This document shows positions 28,074-34,142 of a DNA stretch of 34,142 bases, in pieces (the stretch's first letter is position 1; each line of letters opens with the position of its first letter). A model generated the notes under the pieces. The model saw only the letters and a program-made list of their open reading frames with translations, ran no database searches and was not told where the DNA came from. The DNA comes from an uncultured Nitrospiraceae bacterium. Lineage in GTDB: Bacteria > Nitrospirota > Thermodesulfovibrionia > Thermodesulfovibrionales > Dissulfurispiraceae. Where the stretch lies: assembly GCA_947085205.1 (NCBI GenBank), contig CAMTVO010000006.1, positions 1 to 34,142 on the forward strand. Reading direction: 5' to 3'. Made by a program: the position numbers and the translations under genes.

Positions 28074-30527
28074 ATGTTTGAGAAATTCACTGAAAGAGGA
28101 AGAAAGATAATAATATATGCCAAAGAAGAAGCCGAGAGAAGAAACAATGACTATTTAGGCACCGAGCATCTCCTTCTGGCTGTCCTGAGAGAAGAAGACA
28201 GCATCCCCATCACCATGCTGAAAAAGATGGGATTGTCCATGGATGAGATAAGATTTGAAGTGGAAAGAAACCTGCCTGTCGGCAGCAACCTCCTGACATT
28301 CGGCGATATACCATTCACTCCGAGGGCAAAAAAGGTCCTTGAACTCGCCATAGAAGAGGCAAGACTTTTAGGGCATAACTATATTGGAAGCGAACACCTC
28401 CTTCTAGGCATTATAAGGGAGGACGAAGGCATTGCAGGCAAGATACTCAGAAACCTCGGTGCAAATTTGCTCGGCGCAAGACAGCTTACAATCAATCTTG
28501 CAATAAAACCGCAGTTTCAGCAGACCCATCAAAAGGAGCGCAGGAAAACAAATACGCCTGCCCTCGACGAATTCGGCAGGGACATTACGCTTCTGGCTAT
28601 TGAAGGAAAGCTCGACCCCGTTATAGGTAGAGACGATGAAATAGAACGTGTAATTCAGGTTTTAGGCAGGAGGTTGAAGAATAACCCTGCAATAATCGGA
28701 GAGCCGGGAGTTGGAAAGACCGCCATTGTTGAAGGACTTGCGCAAAAGATTGTTGTGGGTGACGTGCCGGACAGCCTTATCGGGAAGAGGATAATATCCC
28801 TCGACTTAGGATCGCTCATTGCCGGAACAAAATACAGAGGCCAGTTTGAAGAGAGGCTCAAGGCTGTGATGCGGGAGATACTCCAGTCGGACAAGAATAT
28901 AATCCTCTTTATCGATGAATTTCATACCCTTATCGGAGCAGGCGCGGCAGAGGGGTCTGTTGATGCATCCAATATGCTGAAGCCGGCGCTTTCGAGAGGA
29001 GAGCTTCAGTGTATAGGAGCGACAACTCCGGATGAATACAGAAAATACATCGAAAAAGACGGAGCCCTTGAGAGGAGGTTCCAGCCTATTTATGTTCAGC
29101 CTCCGACAGAGGAGACGACCATCGAAATTTTAAAAGGCATAAGGCCGAAGTATGAAAATCATCACAAAGTAAAAATCAGCGATGAGGCTGTTTTAGCCGC
29201 GGCAAAGCTTTCCGACAGGTATATAACGGACAGATACCTCCCTGATAAGGCAATAGATGTCATTGACGAGACAGGCTCAAGACTCAAGCTCAAGAGGTCT
29301 ACAACCCCTCATGAATTGAGGGATATGGAGACAGAGTTAATCCAACTGGCAAAGGAAAAGAGCCTTTACGTAAGACTTCATGACATCGAAAAGGCACAGG
29401 CTGTCAGGGCACAGGAAGACAGGCTCAAAAAGACCTATGAGATGCAGTACAAGAAATGGAAGGACACGCTGAATAAAGAGGTGCCTGTTGTCGGCGAGGA
29501 TGACATAGCATATACCGTCTCGAAGATGACAGGAATACCGCTCTATAAGCTGGAAGAGACGGAATCGGAAAAACTCTTGAATATGGAAGAAATCCTGCAC
29601 AGGAGGATAATAGGACAGGACGACGCCATAAAAGCCGTTGCAAAGGCAATAAGGAGGTCAAGGGCGGGGCTGAAGAGCAAAAACAGGCCTATAGGCTCAT
29701 TCTTTTTCCTCGGGCCCACCGGCGTAGGAAAGACAGAGCTTGCAAAGGCCCTTGCTGAATTCATGTTCAATGACGAGACTGCCCTTGTAAAACTCGATAT
29801 GTCGGAGTATATGGAAAGGTTTAATGTATCGCGTTTAACAGGAGCGCCTCCCGGCTACGTCGGTTATGAAGAGGGTGGACAGTTGACGGAGAAGATGCGC
29901 AAAAGGCCTTACTCGGTAATTCTCTTTGACGAGATAGAAAAGGCGCATCAGGACGTATTTAACATACTCCTTCAGATACTGGACGAGGGCGTGTTGACAG
30001 ACAGCTACGGCAGAAAGGTGGATTTCAGGAATGCAATAATCATCATGACATCCAACCTCGGAGCGAGGATTATCGAAAAGGCTACGCCGTTAGGCTTTTA
30101 CCGGGCATCTTCAGAGGACGCGTACAATAAGATGAAAGACAATGTTCTAACCGAACTGAAAAAGATATTCAATCCCGAATTCCTCAATCGTGTGGATGAG
30201 ACGGTTGTATTCCATCCGCTTGCGAAGGAGCAGTTGTTGTCCATAGTCGACATCCTGATAATGGAGACGAATAAGAAACTTATCAAGCATGCATTGACCA
30301 TAGATGTGTCTCCGGAGGTTAAAGAATGGCTGTTAAATAAGTATTATCAGCCTGCATACGGCGCAAGGCCGATGCGAAGGGCCATTGCCCGTGAGCTTGA
30401 GGATTATCTCTCGGAAGAGTTGATAAAAGGCAGGTTTAAAGACACGCCTGTGGTGAAGGTGATGCTCGAAGACGACAAGCCTGCTTTTGTGGAAGCGGAA
30501 GAGTCAATGCTTGTATCGGTCAATTAG
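28074..30527 (+). CDS. clpC: ATP-dependent Clp protease ATP-binding subunit (ClpC type)
   Basis: MFEKFTE with two Clp_N repeats (GTEHLLL, GSEHLLL), [11 protein letters not shown]-like middle coil, [22 protein letters not shown]. Confidence 0.93.
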   Translation: MFEKFTERGRKIIIYAKEEAERRNNDYLGTEHLLLAVLREEDSIPITMLKKMGLSMDEIRFEVERNLPVGSNLLTFGDIPFTPRAKKVLELAIEEARLLGHNYIGSEHLLLGIIREDEGIAGKILRNLGANLLGARQLTINLAIKPQFQQTHQKERRKTNTPALDEFGRDITLLAIEGKLDPVIGRDDEIERVIQVLGRRLKNNPAIIGEPGVGKTAIVEGLAQKIVVGDVPDSLIGKRIISLDLGSLIAGTKYRGQFEERLKAVMREILQSDKNIILFIDEFHTLIGAGAAEGSVDASNMLKPALSRGELQCIGATTPDEYRKYIEKDGALERRFQPIYVQPPTEETTIEILKGIRPKYENHHKVKISDEAVLAAAKLSDRYITDRYLPDKAIDVIDETGSRLKLKRSTTPHELRDMETELIQLAKEKSLYVRLHDIEKAQAVRAQEDRLKKTYEMQYKKWKDTLNKEVPVVGEDDIAYTVSKMTGIPLYKLEETESEKLLNMEEILHRRIIGQDDAIKAVAKAIRRSRAGLKSKNRPIGSFFFLGPTGVGKTELAKALAEFMFNDETALVKLDMSEYMERFNVSRLTGAPPGYVGYEEGGQLTEKMRKRPYSVILFDEIEKAHQDVFNILLQILDEGVLTDSYGRKVDFRNAIIIMTSNLGARIIEKATPLGFYRASSEDAYNKMKDNVLTELKKIFNPEFLNRVDETVVFHPLAKEQLLSIVDILIMETNKKLIKHALTIDVSPEVKEWLLNKYYQPAYGARPMRRAIARELEDYLSEELIKGRFKDTPVVKVMLEDDKPAFVEAEESMLVSVN

Positions 30528-30533
30528 TGCAAT

Positions 30534-30645
<112 letters not shown>

Positions 30646-30669
30646 GCAACAGTAGCTAAAGGAGCTTTT

Positions 30670-31200
30670 ATGAAGAATAGAGGTGTAGTTTTGGCGATTA
30701 TCCTTGCATTTGGCATTGCATCTATTTTTTTTCTTGCAAAAAATAACGAAACTATTAGAAAAAAGGCTATAGTAGGACTGGATGCTCCTGCATTTGAGCT
30801 TAAGGATACCCAAGGAAAAACATGGAAGACATCGGATTTAAAGGGAAAGGTAGTTTTCATTAACTTTTGGGCATCGTGGTGCGACGCATGCAAGGAAGAA
30901 AAACCTTCAATCCAGAACCTCGTCAATGCAGAAAAGGCAAACGATAAATTCGTTTTTATTTCTGTCCTCTTCAGGGACGACCCTTCAAAGGCTATGGAAT
31001 ATATGAAGTCAAACGGCTTTAATTTCCCTGTCCTTATTGACAACAAAAACATAGCGGCAGATTATGGGATTAGAGGGGTTCCTGAAACATTTGTAATAGG
31101 CAAAAACGGAACAATCAAAGAAAAGGTAGTCGGCCCCATCGGATGGGAGTCGCCTGAAGTCAGAGCGGTTATAAGAAAGCTGATAGCTGACGGCTCATAG
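30670..31200 (+). CDS. TlpA/ResA-family thiol-disulfide oxidoreductase
   Basis: N-terminal TM, AP.F.L.D..G, NFWASWCDAC..E.P, YG..GVPETF.I...G. Confidence 0.9.
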   Translation: MKNRGVVLAIILAFGIASIFFLAKNNETIRKKAIVGLDAPAFELKDTQGKTWKTSDLKGKVVFINFWASWCDACKEEKPSIQNLVNAEKANDKFVFISVLFRDDPSKAMEYMKSNGFNFPVLIDNKNIAADYGIRGVPETFVIGKNGTIKEKVVGPIGWESPEVRAVIRKLIADGS

Positions 31201-31241
31201 CTCATAGCAGAAAATAACTATGAGCCATGAACTATGAACTA
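31178..31241. repeat. Inverted heptamer arrays at the TlpA/DUF4416 junction
   Basis: AGCTGAT AGCTGAC GGCTCAT AGCTCAT AGC, a loop, then ACTATGA GCCATGA ACTATGA ACTA; contains the TlpA stop codon. Confidence 0.85.
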
Positions 31242-31243
31242 AT

Positions 31244-31771
31244 ATGGGAACTCCGAGACCTCCTGAGAAAGCGCTCCTTTTTGTCGGCGCTCTATTTTCA
31301 AACGAAGATTTCTACACCGAAGCCAGACAGTCATTGGAAAGAATATTCGGCGAGGCGGTTATGGAAAGCCCGAAAATACAATGGAATTTCTCCGACTATT
31401 ACAAGGATGAATTGGGCGAGCCTATTTACAGGCGTTTTATTTTTTTCAAAAAACTCATAGAGCATGACTATATCTCAACAATAAAACTGATAACGAACGA
31501 GATAGAGAGAAGCCTTTCGTCGGGCGGCAAAAGGAATATAAATCTCGACCCTGGCTATCTGACTCCAGCCAAGATAGTGCTTGCTTCAACAAAGGACTAT
31601 TCCCACAGGATATATCTTAAAGACGGCATTTATGCAGAGGTTACATTGATTTTCGTGAAAGGACAATTTGTGCCTCACGTCAATACCTACAAAGATTATC
31701 AGGATGAGAGATATTTGAGACTTTTTATAATGGGAAGAAATCTTTTATCTCTGTTAACTATAGAACAGTAG
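31244..31771 (+). CDS. DUF4416-like protein
   Basis: DYY..E.G...RRF, R.INLDPGY......LASTK...HRIYL..GIYAEVTL. Confidence 0.75.
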   Translation: MGTPRPPEKALLFVGALFSNEDFYTEARQSLERIFGEAVMESPKIQWNFSDYYKDELGEPIYRRFIFFKKLIEHDYISTIKLITNEIERSLSSGGKRNINLDPGYLTPAKIVLASTKDYSHRIYLKDGIYAEVTLIFVKGQFVPHVNTYKDYQDERYLRLFIMGRNLLSLLTIEQ

Positions 31772-31780
31772 GAGGTATTT

Positions 31781-32443
31781 ATGGACGCCATTGAATGCAT
31801 TAAGACGAGGATGAGTATCAGGAAATTTAAACTTGATCCTGTGCCGAAAGAAGCAATATTAAATGTCATTGATACTGCGAAATGGAGCCCTTCTTACAAA
31901 AACACACAGCCATGGGAAGTGGTTGTAGTATCCGGCGTAAAAAAGGATGAGCTGTCGAGGAGACTCATTGAGCATTTAGAAAGGGGTGAGAAATCTAAAC
32001 CTGATATTCCTGAGCCCACATCATGGCCTTCAGTTATCGAAATGAGGATAAGGGAGCTATTAAGGGAAAGGGGTGAGAAATTTGGTATTGACTTCAGCAA
32101 CCCAGAGGTCATTAAGAAGTCAAAAATAGCCAATTTCAAATTTTATGGTGCTCCGCACGGCATTTTTATTTTTCAGGATGCCTCACTTCCTTTGTGGTCA
32201 TTGTTTGATATAGGATTGTTTGCGCAGAGTCTGATGCTTGCTGCCCATGCTCAAGGACTTGGAACTGTGCCACAGGCATTTCTTACGGACTATTCCAATG
32301 TGGTTAAGGAATTTCTCGGGATACCTGAATCAAAAAGGCTTGTTTTAGGAATATCTATAGGTTATCCTGACCTTAAGGATAAGGCGAATAGTTACAGAAG
32401 CAGCAGGGTTGAGACAGGTGAGATAGTTAAGTGGATAGAGTAA
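31781..32443 (+). CDS. Nitroreductase family protein
   Basis: R.SIRKF...PV, SPS..N.QPW, FYGAP, D.G.F.Q.LMLAA...GLGT.PQ, GYPD; SD GGAGG. Confidence 0.9.
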   Translation: MDAIECIKTRMSIRKFKLDPVPKEAILNVIDTAKWSPSYKNTQPWEVVVVSGVKKDELSRRLIEHLERGEKSKPDIPEPTSWPSVIEMRIRELLRERGEKFGIDFSNPEVIKKSKIANFKFYGAPHGIFIFQDASLPLWSLFDIGLFAQSLMLAAHAQGLGTVPQAFLTDYSNVVKEFLGIPESKRLVLGISIGYPDLKDKANSYRSSRVETGEIVKWIE

Positions 32444-32454
32444 TGTGGTAAAAT
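32444..32454 (+). promoter_or_regulatory. Extended -10 promoter (TGTGnTAAAAT) 6 nt before the nadE ATG
   Basis: TGTGGTAAAATCATTACATG; no Shine-Dalgarno sequence. Confidence 0.55.
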
Positions 32455-32460
32455 CATTAC

Positions 32461-34142
32461 ATGAAAACAGCAAGAATTGCCCTTTGCCAGATAAACCCAA
32501 CTGTTGGTGATATTGACGGAAATATCGGAAAGATAATCTATTTCATCGAAGATGCTGCTAAGCACAGCCCCGATATAATAGCTTTTCCTGAGCTTGCTAT
32601 CACAGGCTATCCGCCTGAAGACCTACTTTTGAAGCCGCAGTTTATTGAAGACAATTTAAATGCCCTCAAAAAGATTCAGGAGAAAGTGGATGATTTTGTC
32701 GTAGTAGTGGGTTTTGTGGACAAAAAAGACGACATATACAATGCGGCTGCGATTATACATAAAAAAGAAGTAATTGATGTTTACCACAAGATGCACCTGC
32801 CTAACTACGGCGTTTTTGATGAGTACAGATATTTTCAGGCAGGAACAAGGTATCCTGTTTATCAGATGGGTGATGTTGTTTTTGGCGTCAATATATGCGA
32901 GGATGTTTGGTATCCGGAAGGCCCTGCTGCTGTGCAGGCTCTGGCAGGCGCTGAGTTTATCGTAAATATCAACGCATCTCCTTACCACATCGGAAAATCC
33001 AGCTTCAGGGAAAGGATGCTCTCCACAAGGGCGGCTGACAGCAGCGTAATTGTCGCCTATCTGAATACAGTCGGAGGCCAGGATGAACTCGTTTTTGACG
33101 GAAACAGTTTTATAGTCGACCAGAACGGAGAGATTGTTGCTACAGCCAAAAGATATGAAGAAGATATGATTGTTGTTGATTTAGATATGGATGCTGTATT
33201 CATGAAGAGGCTGCATGACCCGCGCAGAAGGCAAAAGGTCATTGCATTGGAAAAGGGAATGGTTGAAAAGATAACTATAGAGCGGAAGTTCGAAAGTGGT
33301 GAAGCACGGAAATTACTTCCGCACTTCTGCGCTTCCGCACTTCCGTACTATTTGGAAGAAGAAATTTACGATGCCCTTGTTCTTGGCACAAGGGATTATG
33401 TGCATAAAAACGGCTTTAAAAAAATCTGTATAGGCTTAAGCGGCGGCGTGGATTCAGCGCTTGTAGCAACAATAGCGGTTGATGCCATTGGAAAAGAGAA
33501 TGTTACGGGAATATTCATGCCTTCGCCTTATACATCAAAGGAAAGTAGAGAGGATGTTTATGAGCTTTCGAAAAATCTCGGAATAAAGATTATTGAAATA
33601 ACCATTACACAAATTTTTGAGGCATATTTAAATATGTTAAAACCTAAACTCCTAACTCCTGACTCCGAACTCCTAACTTTTAGGGATACAACAGAAGAAA
33701 ACCTTCAGGCACGCATCAGGGGAAATATCCTGATGGCATTCTCCAATAAATTCGGCTGGCTTGTTCTTACGACAGGAAATAAATCTGAGATGAGCGTCGG
33801 ATATGCAACTCTTTATGGAGATATGGCAGGAGGGTTTGCTGTAATCAAGGATGTTCCAAAGACTCTAATTTATAAAGTCTGCAAGTGGAAAAACCAAAAA
33901 GCAGGGGAAATAGTAATTCCTGAAAGGGTCTTGTGGAAGGAGCCTTCTGCAGAGTTAAAGCCCAATCAGAAAGACGCCGATACCCTGCCGCCTTATGAAG
34001 TTCTTGACCCTATTCTCAAGGCATATGTCGAGGAAGATAAGAGTTTTGATGAGATTGTCGGTCTCGGATGCGAAGAGGAATGTGTAAAAAAAGTAATAAA
34101 GATGATAGACAGCAGCGAGTATAAGAGGAGACAGTCCCCGCC
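32461..34142 (+). CDS. nadE: Glutamine-dependent NAD+ synthetase (runs off window end)
   Basis: Manual translation: MKTARIALCQINPTVGDIDGN, FPELAITGYPPEDL, LPNYGVFDE.RYF, ICEDVW, GLSGGVDSAL, EENLQARIRG, TGNKSE, GYATLYGDMAGG, PSAEL.PNQ.D. Confidence 0.95.
   Translation, partial: MKTARIALCQINPTVGDIDGNIGKIIYFIEDAAKHSPDIIAFPELAITGYPPEDLLLKPQFIEDNLNALKKIQEKVDDFVVVVGFVDKKDDIYNAAAIIHKKEVIDVYHKMHLPNYGVFDEYRYFQAGTRYPVYQMGDVVFGVNICEDVWYPEGPAAVQALAGAEFIVNINASPYHIGKSSFRERMLSTRAADSSVIVAYLNTVGGQDELVFDGNSFIVDQNGEIVATAKRYEEDMIVVDLDMDAVFMKRLHDPRRRQKVIALEKGMVEKITIERKFESGEARKLLPHFCASALPYYLEEEIYDALVLGTRDYVHKNGFKKICIGLSGGVDSALVATIAVDAIGKENVTGIFMPSPYTSKESREDVYELSKNLGIKIIEITITQIFEAYLNMLKPKLLTPDSELLTFRDTTEENLQARIRGNILMAFSNKFGWLVLTTGNKSEMSVGYATLYGDMAGGFAVIKDVPKTLIYKVCKWKNQKAGEIVIPERVLWKEPSAELKPNQKDADTLPPYEVLDPILKAYVEEDKSFDEIVGLGCEEECVKKVIKMIDSSEYKRRQSP
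33282..33346. repeat. Inverted octamer arrays inside nadE
   Basis: GCGGAAGT TCGAAAGT GGTGAAGC ACGGAAAT T ACTTCCGC ACTTCTGC GCTTCCGC ACTTCCGT. Confidence 0.85.
33647..33680. repeat. Heptamer array inside nadE
   Basis: AACTCCT AACTCCT GACTCCG AACTCCT AACTTT, translated as KLLTPDSELLTF. Confidence 0.85.

Noticed and set aside
31227..31460. 77-aa ORF overlapping the DUF4416-like gene
   Set aside because: Its ATG comes from the heptamer repeat and it is an alternate frame of a recognisable gene.

Overview
Bacterial chromosomal region, mostly housekeeping. Gene content and order loosely suggest a Nitrospirota or deltaproteobacteria-like lineage (low confidence). Order: leuA (partial), pssA, psd and ilvC on the minus strand; EamA; SulP; NfeD; SDR/epimerase, serine palmitoyltransferase-like and GNAT genes (likely a bacterial ceramide cluster); fabF; rodZ; a large multiheme cytochrome c; rnr; a pseudo-protease/TPR protein; an L,D-transpeptidase; a STAS-HATPase and STAS-wHTH pair split by a decayed AT-rich AlbA_2-type cargo; mutS, coaE, ribF; a helicase-degenerate priA; clpC; TlpA; DUF4416-like; nitroreductase; and glutamine-dependent nadE (partial). 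No rRNA, tRNA, CRISPR array or transposase was seen. The most striking unexplained layer is a dense set of small hairpin/repeat elements. These are (i) 6-8 bp tandem arrays, often as inverted pairs, lying in frame inside fabF, mutS, ribF, priA and nadE and at gene junctions; (ii) C-run/G-run palindromes translated inside rnr and psd; and (iii) five 110-170 bp intergenic elements bounded by inverted repeats, three of them with a nested TGTCA...TGACA core. All calls come from motif recognition only; no database search was run.
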